A stretch of 57,370 bases of DNA from an uncultured Flavobacteriaceae bacterium. GTDB taxonomy: Bacteria > Bacteroidota > Bacteroidia > Flavobacteriales > Weeksellaceae. Location of the stretch: NCBI GenBank assembly GCA_963521545.1, contig CAUQVP010000001.1:1-57370 (forward strand), written 5' to 3'. The notes beneath the pieces were generated by a model, which saw only the letters and a program-made list of their open reading frames with translations, ran no database searches and was not told the DNA's origin. Numbering within the stretch: the first letter of the stretch is position 1; every line of letters starts with the position of its first letter. The translations under genes were made by a program, and so were the position numbers. Of the stretch, positions 28,898 through 37,626 are shown in pieces.

Positions 28898-30433
28898 TTA
28901 ACTAGTTACCCAGCTCAATGGGTCTACAGGATTTGTCTGATTCCAAACTTGGAAATCAAGGGTGTAAGTCCCATCAAAGTCAAGTCCTACTTCTCCTATA
29001 TTTGTTCCTGCGGAAATAGTCTGGTTTTTAGAAACATAGGTGCTGGCTAAATTACTATAAATAGTGAAATAATTTCCATGTTTTACCATCACGGTTTTTG
29101 AACCACCACTGGCCAAAACATTTACCACCACACCAGCAAAAACACTTCTTGCTTTTGTTCCTGCATCCACAGCTATTTTGATTCCGTTATTTTCTATAAC
29201 GACTCCCTTGTAAACAGGGTGCGGCTGTCTACCGAAGCGCTGGGTAACCCGTCCACGCTGCACAGGGAAAGAAAGTCTTCCTCTATTTTCTGCGAAACTG
29301 TTACCAGAAGAACTTCCAGCGCCAGCTGATGCCATTGCCCGCTCATCCACAGCTTTTTTCTCAGACTCTGTTTTTTTGGCTACAGCTTCTGCATTTACTC
29401 TGGCAGCTTCCGCCTTACTAGCAGCTATTTTTGCTTTTTCGGCCGCTTCCATTTTGGCTTTTTCAGCGGCTATTCTTTTGGCCTCGTTGTTGGCTTCTAT
29501 GGCTTTTCTTTCCTCTTCTGCTTTTTTTCTAGCGATTTCAGCTAGTCTTCTTTCTTCTTCTTCGGCCTTTCTTTTTGCTCTTTCGGCCTCTTCACGCGCT
29601 CTTCTATTGGCTTCTTCTATTCTCGCTTTTTCTTTTTCAGCCTCTATTCTCGCTAGTCTTAGTTTTTCTTCACGCGCTTTTCTTTCAGCCTCTTCTTTCG
29701 CTTTTGCGATTCTGATTTCTTCAGCGATGATTTTTCTGATTTCGCCTTCTAATCTTTTGGATTCGGCTTGTTTTTGTTTAAGTTCAGCCACTAGTCTGGC
29801 TTCATTCTTTTTGAAATCTTCTAATAAAATTTCTTTTTCTTTTCTTTCCTGAGCGATTACTTCTAAATCTTTAGCCTGTTTCAAGAGAAGATTTTCCTTG
29901 TCTTTTTTGGATTTTTCTCTCAGGGCGATTGTGCTTTTTATCTTTTTAGCTTTATCGGATATTTCTGCAGCTTTTTTGTCTTGGTATTCTCCATATTGTT
30001 TCAGATACTGCACTCTACGAAGCGCCTGTCCCAAATCTTGAGAAGACAAAATGAATGTTACTTTATTTTGTACGCCTTTGTTTTTATAGGCTTTTACGAG
30101 AATTTCGGCGTAGTTTTTACGGAGAACTTTCAGCTCTCGGTTGTATTTATTGATTTCTAACTGACGAAGATAAATATCATCCTCTATGAATCTTTTTTCT
30201 TTCTGTGTATTGCCATAGACTTTCTCACGAAGGGCAATTTTTTTGTTGATATCATTAAGGTAAGATATGGAAAGTCTAGCCTCGGACTTTGCTTTAGCCA
30301 AGTTAGCATTGATGGTTTCGATTTGTTTTTTTAATTCAGCATTCTGCTTTTGTAAATCTTCCTTGCTTTTTTGAGCGAGAAAGAGCGAAGCAGACAAAAT
30401 TCCAATAAATAAGCTTATTTTCCTCAAATACAT
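28898..30433 (-). CDS. EnvC-like murein hydrolase activator (coiled coil plus degenerate LytM/M23 domain)
   Basis: 511 aa with a signal peptide and a long K/E/A/R coiled coil. The C-terminal M23 fold has substitutions at the metal-ligand positions (NNGIKIAV, YSNL, TLDFQV). Confidence 0.8.
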   Translation of the reverse strand: MYLRKISLFIGILSASLFLAQKSKEDLQKQNAELKKQIETINANLAKAKSEARLSISYLNDINKKIALREKVYGNTQKEKRFIEDDIYLRQLEINKYNRELKVLRKNYAEILVKAYKNKGVQNKVTFILSSQDLGQALRRVQYLKQYGEYQDKKAAEISDKAKKIKSTIALREKSKKDKENLLLKQAKDLEVIAQERKEKEILLEDFKKNEARLVAELKQKQAESKRLEGEIRKIIAEEIRIAKAKEEAERKAREEKLRLARIEAEKEKARIEEANRRAREEAERAKRKAEEEERRLAEIARKKAEEERKAIEANNEAKRIAAEKAKMEAAEKAKIAASKAEAARVNAEAVAKKTESEKKAVDERAMASAGAGSSSGNSFAENRGRLSFPVQRGRVTQRFGRQPHPVYKGVVIENNGIKIAVDAGTKARSVFAGVVVNVLASGGSKTVMVKHGNYFTIYSNLASTYVSKNQTISAGTNIGEVGLDFDGTYTLDFQVWNQTNPVDPLSWVTS

Positions 30434-31233
30434 TAGAAATCTCGTTTTTTATAATTATTTGGAACCGAATATGGGGTTTCCATTCTAGAAAAGTCAAATT
30501 TCGTGTTTTCTATTAAAATTTGATCAGTTTTCTTACCTTTTATAACTATTTTAACATTTTTAGGGAGTTTTACGCCATTGATATCTACCCAATTATCGTA
30601 GAATAATTCTAAATTATCCGTAGTTTTTGTGTCTTTTAAAGAAACTTTGGTAAGGTTCAGATCATTAGAAAAACGTAATTCTGTAAGGTATTCGCTGGTT
30701 TTTCCATCAATGTTTACTTTCTGTGTAGTAATCGGTTTCAGGATGTAATCTTCGGCTTCTTTGGTTAAGTTAAAATCTTTTTCATTGACAGGAAAGAAAA
30801 CTTTTCCGACCAATAAATTTTGAAGAGAAGAATAATCTAAAAAATTGACTTTCAGCAAATTATTAAGGTAAGAAAAATCAGAATCGATATAAGTTCTACT
30901 CAGTTTTTCGTAGGCTTTTAGCCCTTGTGGAGTAGCTATTCCGCGGCCTACATTCATAAACAGCGCAGACATATTCATCCATATTTTCTGGTTGTTTTCT
31001 ATGTAGATAGTTGCATGAATGGTAGGAACGAATTTCCCTACTTCTGCATCTATTTTAGAAGTGATTTTAAGGGCGTCAAAATCAGATTTTTTCGTGATAA
31101 CATCATAGAAACTTTTGTTGCTGGAAACAGCAGGGATTTCCGATTTAGCAGCGATACTTTTTTTAGCACCACAAGAGGCTAAAAACACCATAATGGCCGA
31201 TAGAGTTATTAATTTCTTCATTTTGTTAATCAT
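30433..31233 (-). CDS. DUF4292-like (LolB-like) lipoprotein
   Basis: Trimmed from the track start 31335 to the ATG at 31231-31233 (MINKMKKLITLSAIMVFLASC lipobox), because the extension overlaps the upstream gene. TAATG overlap with the EnvC-like gene. Confidence 0.55.
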   Translation of the reverse strand: MINKMKKLITLSAIMVFLASCGAKKSIAAKSEIPAVSSNKSFYDVITKKSDFDALKITSKIDAEVGKFVPTIHATIYIENNQKIWMNMSALFMNVGRGIATPQGLKAYEKLSRTYIDSDFSYLNNLLKVNFLDYSSLQNLLVGKVFFPVNEKDFNLTKEAEDYILKPITTQKVNIDGKTSEYLTELRFSNDLNLTKVSLKDTKTTDNLELFYDNWVDINGVKLPKNVKIVIKGKKTDQILIENTKFDFSRMETPYSVPNNYKKRDF

Positions 31234-31255
31234 TAAAATCACTTCTAAAAATTTT

Positions 31256-32269
31256 TTATTCAGAGAAATCCAATACGGAAAAATCTCCCAAAGAAAGATT
31301 GATAGAAGTTCCGATATACTTCGCCGAGTTTCCAATCATGGAGTTGCTCAGGTTAGCAGACTGGATTTCTGTTCTTTCTTGGATTAGAGAATTATCTATA
31401 TTAGAGTTTTTTACTACCGTGTTGTTGCCCAGAGAAACCCTCGGCCCGATGATAGAATTTACGATTTTCACATTCTCTCCGATGAAACATGGAGGAATTA
31501 TCAAGCTGTTTTCTATCTGTGCAGAAGCTGGATACTGGGAAAGATTTTCTTTTTCGTATTCTAGAATCTTACCATTGGTCTGTACGGTGATGGTTTTGTT
31601 TCCGCAGTCCATCCAGTCATTTACCTTTCCTAAGGAGAACTTAGCTCCTTTTTTTCTTAGGTTTTCTAGTGCAGTTGTCAGCTGGTATTCGCCGCCATCT
31701 TTGATGTCGTTGCTCATGATATAGTCTATTTCGCCCATGAGTTTTTCTGCGCTGTTGAAATAGTAAATCCCAATAATCGCCAAATCAGACACGAATTCTT
31801 TTGGTTTTTCTACAAAGTCTGTGATGAAACCATAGTCGTCTAATTTCACTACTCCAAAAGCACTCGGGTCATCTACTTTTTTTACCCAAATCACCCCATC
31901 AGAATTGGTATCTAGATGAAAATCAGCTCTAAATAATGTATCTGCAAAAGCGATGATTACAGGCCCTTGCATACTTTCTCTTGCGCAGTTGATAGCATGA
32001 GCTGTTCCCAAAGCCTCTGTTTGATGGTATATGCTTCCTTTTGCGCCTAATTTTTCTGCAACAGCTAATAAATCCTGTTCCACTTGACTTCCGAAATCAC
32101 CAGTGATGAAGGCAACTTCATCTATTTTCTGATTTACCACCTTTGCGATGTCCTCTACCAATCTCTGTACGATAGGTTTTCCTGCAATAGGAATCAAAGG
32201 TTTTGGCACAGTCAAAGTGTGCGGTCTCAATCGGGAACCCTTTCCCGCCATAGGTATTATTATTTTCAT
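31256..32269 (-). CDS. sugar-phosphate nucleotidyltransferase with C-terminal left-handed beta-helix
   Basis: 337 aa. MKIIIPMAGKGSRLRP...PKPLIPIAGKP is the nucleotidyltransferase signature. The C-terminus has hexapeptide-like repeats. Confidence 0.8.
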   Translation of the reverse strand: MKIIIPMAGKGSRLRPHTLTVPKPLIPIAGKPIVQRLVEDIAKVVNQKIDEVAFITGDFGSQVEQDLLAVAEKLGAKGSIYHQTEALGTAHAINCARESMQGPVIIAFADTLFRADFHLDTNSDGVIWVKKVDDPSAFGVVKLDDYGFITDFVEKPKEFVSDLAIIGIYYFNSAEKLMGEIDYIMSNDIKDGGEYQLTTALENLRKKGAKFSLGKVNDWMDCGNKTITVQTNGKILEYEKENLSQYPASAQIENSLIIPPCFIGENVKIVNSIIGPRVSLGNNTVVKNSNIDNSLIQERTEIQSANLSNSMIGNSAKYIGTSINLSLGDFSVLDFSE

Positions 32270-32299
32270 AATAGATGTATTTTTATAATTTTTAAAATA

Positions 32300-32734
32300 T
32301 TATTTCGTTCCAGAACTTCCGAAACCTCCTGCACCTCTTTCTGTTTCGTCAAGGGTTTCTACCTCTTCCCACTGCGCAGTTTCGTGTTTTGCGATGACCA
32401 GCTGGGCAATTCGCTCTCCATCATTGATGACAAATTCATCTTTGGATAGATTTGCGAGAATCACGCCGACTTCTCCGCGATAGTCTGCATCTATCGTTCC
32501 AGGGCTGTTCAGGCAAGTAATTCCGTGCTTGGCAGCTAGTCCGCTGCGAGGTCTTACTTGGGCTTCGTATCCAGCTGGCAGAGCTATGAAAATACCTGTC
32601 GGAATAATCGTTCGCTCTAAAGAACCTAAACGAACAGGCTCTGTGATATTCGCATACAAATCCATTCCAGCCGAAAGCTCGGTTTGGTACTTTGGAAGTG
32701 GGTGTTTGGATTTATTTATAATCTTAATTTTCAT
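32300..32734 (-). CDS. dut: dUTP diphosphatase
   Basis: 144 aa. [21 protein letters not shown] and [10 protein letters not shown] motifs. Confidence 0.95.
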   Translation of the reverse strand: MKIKIINKSKHPLPKYQTELSAGMDLYANITEPVRLGSLERTIIPTGIFIALPAGYEAQVRPRSGLAAKHGITCLNSPGTIDADYRGEVGVILANLSKDEFVINDGERIAQLVIAKHETAQWEEVETLDETERGAGGFGSSGTK

Positions 32735-34182
32735 TTTTTCAAAAATTTTTTCAAGAGTGTTCTTTCCTTAAAAACGACAAATATCAGAAAAATTACAAAA
32801 ATAATGTTACTGATGATGTAATTTTCTCTAAAATATTTAAAAGAAATCATTCCCAATCCTATGGAAAGAAGCAGGTAAATGATTATTTTAGTCGTATTAT
32901 AAGGAATCGGATATTTTATTTGCCCCCAAATATAGGAAATTATCATCATAGACATGAAAGTCAGCAGCGCCGCCACTGCACTTGCCCAGTATCCATATTC
33001 AGGCACGAAGAAATAATTGACAGATATCGTAATCGCTGCTCCGATGAGGGAAATATACAGCCCCACAATGGTCTGGTCAGAGAGTTTGTACCAAATGGAT
33101 AAATTAAGATATATCCCCAAAAACACAGCTCCCAGCATAAGGCACGGAATCAGTTCTATACCTTCGTAGTAGAGAGGATTGTTGATATAGATTTTGGAAA
33201 TCCAAGAAATATTAGTGATAAGTCCTAGGAAAATCACACAGCTGCATATCACGAAGATGTCCATCAGCAGGGTGTAAGTTTTCTTTGCATTTTCGTTTTT
33301 AAAACTTGAAAAGAAATACGGCTCTATCCCTAATTGGTAGGCCTGCCTAAAAACGGTGATGAATGTCGCTATTTTGTAAACGGCTCCGTATACGCCTATC
33401 TGGTGTTTGCTTTCTTCCTCAGGGAGGAGATATTTTAGGAATTGTCTGTCCATTGTCTGGTTGATGATGCCCGCCAGCCCTGCCACCATCACAGGCCAAG
33501 AGTAGTTCATAATTCTTTTCCATAAAGAAAAATCAAAACTTCTAAAACTGAAATTTACAAATTCTTTGGAAACGATGAGCAGAGAAACGATACTCTGAAC
33601 CAAATTCGCCACAAAGACATATCCCACGCCGAACTCAGCATCGTATTTCAGTCCGAGGAAGCCATTGGGTAAATTAGGAAGAATATTGATGAAAAATACC
33701 ACCAACCCAAAATAAATCACGCTTCCTGCTACCTTGGACACTACATACCGCAGAGGTTTTCCCTCTAAACGAAGAACAGCCGAAGGAATCGTAGAAAAAG
33801 CATCAATGGAAAGAATGAACAAAAATAAAATCAAGAAATGCACTTGGTCTGGCGTGTGGAAATATTCTGTAACCTCGCGCCGAAATACCCATCCCAAGAC
33901 CAAATAAATAAAAGACATTGCCAAGATGCTCATGGAACAAGTGGAAACCAGCGTTTCTTTGCTGATATTTTTCTCTTGAGCAAAACGAAAAAACGAGGTT
34001 TCCATGCCGTGTGTCAGAAAAACAGTAACCACTCCCGCAATGGAGTACCAATCCACAAAGGGCGCAGACTCTGCTGGCGAAAATGCCCTTGTGATGATAG
34101 GTGCGATGAGGAAAGGAAATATCCTCACCAGTACCGAACTGATGCCGTAGAGCGCCGTTTGTCCTAATAGTTTTTTAATCAA
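32731..34182 (-). CDS. MOP-superfamily polysaccharide/oligosaccharide flippase (Wzx/RfbX-like)
   Basis: 483 aa with roughly 12-14 predicted TM helices. The polysaccharide biosynthesis protein pattern is present. ATGA overlap with dut. Confidence 0.75.
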   Translation of the reverse strand: MIKKLLGQTALYGISSVLVRIFPFLIAPIITRAFSPAESAPFVDWYSIAGVVTVFLTHGMETSFFRFAQEKNISKETLVSTCSMSILAMSFIYLVLGWVFRREVTEYFHTPDQVHFLILFLFILSIDAFSTIPSAVLRLEGKPLRYVVSKVAGSVIYFGLVVFFINILPNLPNGFLGLKYDAEFGVGYVFVANLVQSIVSLLIVSKEFVNFSFRSFDFSLWKRIMNYSWPVMVAGLAGIINQTMDRQFLKYLLPEEESKHQIGVYGAVYKIATFITVFRQAYQLGIEPYFFSSFKNENAKKTYTLLMDIFVICSCVIFLGLITNISWISKIYINNPLYYEGIELIPCLMLGAVFLGIYLNLSIWYKLSDQTIVGLYISLIGAAITISVNYFFVPEYGYWASAVAALLTFMSMMIISYIWGQIKYPIPYNTTKIIIYLLLSIGLGMISFKYFRENYIISNIIFVIFLIFVVFKERTLLKKFLKK

Positions 34183-34233
34183 AACTTTAATTTTGATGCA
34201 AAAGTAAGATTATTTTATCTGAAAATTGTACTT

Positions 34234-35937
34234 TTGTTCACTATGAAAAATAATATTTCTTGTATTTTAGTTTTTATTTTTGGGTGTGTAGGATATTTAC
34301 AGGCACAGTTTTCTCCCAAAAATATCACCAAAGATTTGGATAAAAAAGCGGTGAAATATGCAGACAGTTTGTATGCTAAACTCAGCATGGATGAGCGCAT
34401 CGGGCAGTTATACATAGTGGCGCTTTATACCAATAAAGATCAAAACCATATCTCAGGCGTGAGAAAACTGGTAGAGCAGGAGAGGATAGGAGGAATTATC
34501 CTAATGCAGGATGATGCCGAGCAGGAAATAGCACTGGTAAATGAATTTCAGAAGAAATCCAGAGTGCCGATGCTTTTTGGTATGGATGCCGAATGGGGGC
34601 TTTATCAGAGAATAAAAACAGCGCACAAATTCCCTTGGGCGATGACCCTTGGAGCGATTCAGGATAATAATTTGGTTTATGAAATGGCGTCTAAAATAGC
34701 AGAAGATGCAAAGAAAATGGGAATTTACTGGAACTTTGCTCCTGTGGTGGATGTGAATACCAATCCCAAAAATCCGATTATAGGCAATCGTTCGTTTGGT
34801 TCGGATGTTCAGAATGTAATCGCGAAATCTCTTGCTTATGCACAAGGTTTGCAGGATAACGGCGTGCTGGCGGCGATTAAACATTTCCCAGGGCATGGGG
34901 ACACAGATGTAGATTCGCATTTGGATTTGCCAGTGGTGAAACATAGTTTGGAGAGGCTGAATAAAATAGAATTAGCGCCCTTCAAAGCCTTGATGGACAA
35001 GAAAATAGGCGGAGCGATGATAGCGCATCTCTATGTTCCACAGCTGGAAAAAGGGAAAAATATCCCTGCATCTATTTCTTATGATATTGTAACGAATTTG
35101 CTGAAAAATAAATTCCTATACGAAGGGCTGGTCATTACTGATGCCCTGAATATGAATGCTGTTGCTAAAAAATATCCTGCTGGGGAATTGGATTTGAGGG
35201 CGTTCAAGGCGGGAAATGATGTTTTGCTTTTTAGCCAAGATGTACCGACAGGGAAAAAGTTGATAAAAGAAGCAATCCAAAAGGGAGAAATCAGCGAAAA
35301 AAGGCTGGAAGAGAGCGTGAAAAAGATTTTGAAAACGAAATATCTTTTGGGGCTTCAGAATCTGCGACCGCTTAGTTCAGAAGGAATTAATAATGCTCTG
35401 AATAATGATTCTCACGCGAAAATTTCAGAGAAGTTGTACGCCAATGCTTTGACTTTATTAAAAGATGAAAAACAGCTTTTCCCGCTTAGAGAAAAGGAGG
35501 TTTATTATCTTCCGTTAGAGGAGGCTTCGCACGAGGCGTTTTTACAAGAATTGTCTAAAGAAATTAAGGTTAAAAAAATATCTTTCAAAGAAATCCAGTC
35601 TATCCCTGAAAATGCAGTGGTAATCATCGGTCTTCATAAGGATAATTCTACCGCTTACAAGCCTTACAGGGTATCATGGGAGAGCAAAAGGCTCATTAAT
35701 CAAGTGAAATCAAGAAATAAAATGATTCTCAATGTGTTCGGAAGTCCGTATGCTCTTCAGGATGTGGATATTAGCGGAATTTCATCAGTTTTGGTTTCTT
35801 ATGAAAATAATCCTCTCTCGATGAAAGCTACAGCGGAGGCTTATTTAGGAAAACAAAAGATAAACGGAAGACTGCCAGTGGTGGTAAATGAACAAATAAA
35901 ATACGGAATGGGAATAGATGTCCCAAAACAAAAATAA
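34234..35937 (+). CDS. glycoside hydrolase family 3 (NagZ-like beta-N-acetylhexosaminidase), secreted
   Basis: 567 aa with a signal peptide. KHFPGHGDTDVDSH and VITDAL GH3 motifs. Confidence 0.85.
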   Translation: MFTMKNNISCILVFIFGCVGYLQAQFSPKNITKDLDKKAVKYADSLYAKLSMDERIGQLYIVALYTNKDQNHISGVRKLVEQERIGGIILMQDDAEQEIALVNEFQKKSRVPMLFGMDAEWGLYQRIKTAHKFPWAMTLGAIQDNNLVYEMASKIAEDAKKMGIYWNFAPVVDVNTNPKNPIIGNRSFGSDVQNVIAKSLAYAQGLQDNGVLAAIKHFPGHGDTDVDSHLDLPVVKHSLERLNKIELAPFKALMDKKIGGAMIAHLYVPQLEKGKNIPASISYDIVTNLLKNKFLYEGLVITDALNMNAVAKKYPAGELDLRAFKAGNDVLLFSQDVPTGKKLIKEAIQKGEISEKRLEESVKKILKTKYLLGLQNLRPLSSEGINNALNNDSHAKISEKLYANALTLLKDEKQLFPLREKEVYYLPLEEASHEAFLQELSKEIKVKKISFKEIQSIPENAVVIIGLHKDNSTAYKPYRVSWESKRLINQVKSRNKMILNVFGSPYALQDVDISGISSVLVSYENNPLSMKATAEAYLGKQKINGRLPVVVNEQIKYGMGIDVPKQK

Positions 35938-35946
35938 ATAGAGAAA

Positions 35947-37089
35947 ATGTTAAAAATAGGAATATTATGTTACCCTACTTATGGGGGGAGTGGAATAGTG
36001 GCGACAGAACTCGGAATGAACCTTGCCCGAAAAGGCTATGAGGTGCATTTCATCAGTTCGGAGCTTCCAGCAAGGCTGGATATGACCAGATCTAATATCT
36101 TTTTTCATAAAGTGAATGTGCAGGCGTATCCCTTATTTAGGCATCAGCCGTATGATATCGCGCTGTCATCTATAATATATCAGGTGGTGTGCATGTATCA
36201 GCTGGATGTCCTCCATGCTCATTATGCCATTCCGTATGCCTATGCGGCTTTTACAGCGAAACAGATGCTGAAAGAAAAAGGCAAGGATTTGCCGCTGGTG
36301 ACTACGCTTCACGGAACGGATATTACTTTGGTGGGGCAGCATCCGAGCTATAAACATGCCGTAGAATTTTCTATCAATCAGTCCGATGCGCTGACTTCGG
36401 TTTCGGAAAGTTTGAAGCAGGATACATTGGCTTTTTTTGACATTAAAAAAGAAATCCATGTGATTCCGAACTTCATCGAAGAAAGACACTTTGAGCAGTG
36501 TTCGGTTTGTTTTAGAAATCAATTCGCGGAGGAAAACGAGAAAATTTTGGTGCATATTTCTAACCTTAGACCTGTTAAAAGAATTCAGGATGTTTTGGAG
36601 ATTTTTGAAAAGGTAAATCAGAAAATTCCGAGCAAACTAATCATAGTAGGCGAGGGCCCTGAAATGGAAAAAGTAAATGCTTTCTTATCAGAAAAACCAG
36701 ATTTTATTGACAAAATAAAAATCATGGGAAAAGTAAATGACCTTCGCCCAGTGCTTACCTATGCAGATGTGTTCCTTCTCCCTTCGGAAAAGGAAAGTTT
36801 TGGTCTGGCGGCATTAGAGGCTATGGCAGCAGGAACGCCCGTGGTCAGCAGTAATACAGGAGGAATTCCAGAGGTTAATATTCACGGTGAGACAGGATTT
36901 TTGGCAAATGTAGGCGATGTGGAGAAAATGGCTGAATATACACTTCAGATTTTGTCCGATGAGGCTCTTTTAAAGGAAATGAAAACAAATGCCACAGAAG
37001 TAGCGAAGACTTTTGATTATAAGAAAATCATTCCGATGTATGAGAATTTATATCAGGAAACGATAAAAGAATTTAAGGGTGAGAAATAA
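35947..37089 (+). CDS. bshA: N-acetyl-alpha-D-glucosaminyl L-malate synthase (GT4 glycosyltransferase, bacillithiol pathway)
   Basis: 380 aa. The N-terminus MLKIGILCYPTYGGSGIVATELG and the ESFGLAALEAMAAGTPVV motif are as in BshA. Confidence 0.75.
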   Translation: MLKIGILCYPTYGGSGIVATELGMNLARKGYEVHFISSELPARLDMTRSNIFFHKVNVQAYPLFRHQPYDIALSSIIYQVVCMYQLDVLHAHYAIPYAYAAFTAKQMLKEKGKDLPLVTTLHGTDITLVGQHPSYKHAVEFSINQSDALTSVSESLKQDTLAFFDIKKEIHVIPNFIEERHFEQCSVCFRNQFAEENEKILVHISNLRPVKRIQDVLEIFEKVNQKIPSKLIIVGEGPEMEKVNAFLSEKPDFIDKIKIMGKVNDLRPVLTYADVFLLPSEKESFGLAALEAMAAGTPVVSSNTGGIPEVNIHGETGFLANVGDVEKMAEYTLQILSDEALLKEMKTNATEVAKTFDYKKIIPMYENLYQETIKEFKGEK

Positions 37090-37090
37090 A

Positions 37091-37600
37091 ATGGATAGAG
37101 AAATTTATTTTGCTGGTGGATGTTTCTGGGGAACGGAGCATTTTTTCAAGCAAATCAACGGAGTAACAACTACACAGGTAGGTTATGCCAATGGAAATAT
37201 AGAAAATCCCACTTATGAGCAGGTGTATACCGACAGCACGGGCTTTGCAGAGGTGGTGAAGGTGGCCTATGACCCAAAGGTGGTAAGTCTGGAAATGCTT
37301 TTGGATTTGTTTTTTAAAACAATAGACCCTACAAGCCTTAATCAGCAGGGAGAAGACATCGGAACGCGCTACAGAACAGGAATTTATTGGGTAAATTCAG
37401 AAGATGAAAAAGTAGTAAAAGAGGCACTTTCGGAACTTCAAAAAAATTATGAAAAACCCATAGTGGTGGAAAACGAGCCTTTGAAAAATTTCTACAGTGG
37501 AGAAGAATATCATCAGGATTATTTGGACAAAAACCCAAGTGGATACTGCCACATCAATCCAGAATTATTCGAACTCGCGAAAAAGGCTAATCTGAGATAG
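37091..37600 (+). CDS. msrA: peptide-methionine (S)-S-oxide reductase
   Basis: Trimmed to the ATG at 37091 (MDREIYFAGGCFWG). GCFWG catalytic motif, plus YHQDYL. Confidence 0.93.
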   Translation: MDREIYFAGGCFWGTEHFFKQINGVTTTQVGYANGNIENPTYEQVYTDSTGFAEVVKVAYDPKVVSLEMLLDLFFKTIDPTSLNQQGEDIGTRYRTGIYWVNSEDEKVVKEALSELQKNYEKPIVVENEPLKNFYSGEEYHQDYLDKNPSGYCHINPELFELAKKANLR

Positions 37601-37626
37601 GTTTTTAAGAATAGAGAATGATAAAA

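Noticed and set aside
29376-29852. 158-aa plus-strand ORF and apparent tandem repetition (possible repeat array or CRISPR-like periodicity)
   Set aside because: It is the antisense of the K/E/A/R coiled-coil region of the EnvC-like gene. The repetition is imperfect codon-level low complexity, with no conserved direct repeats or unique spacers.
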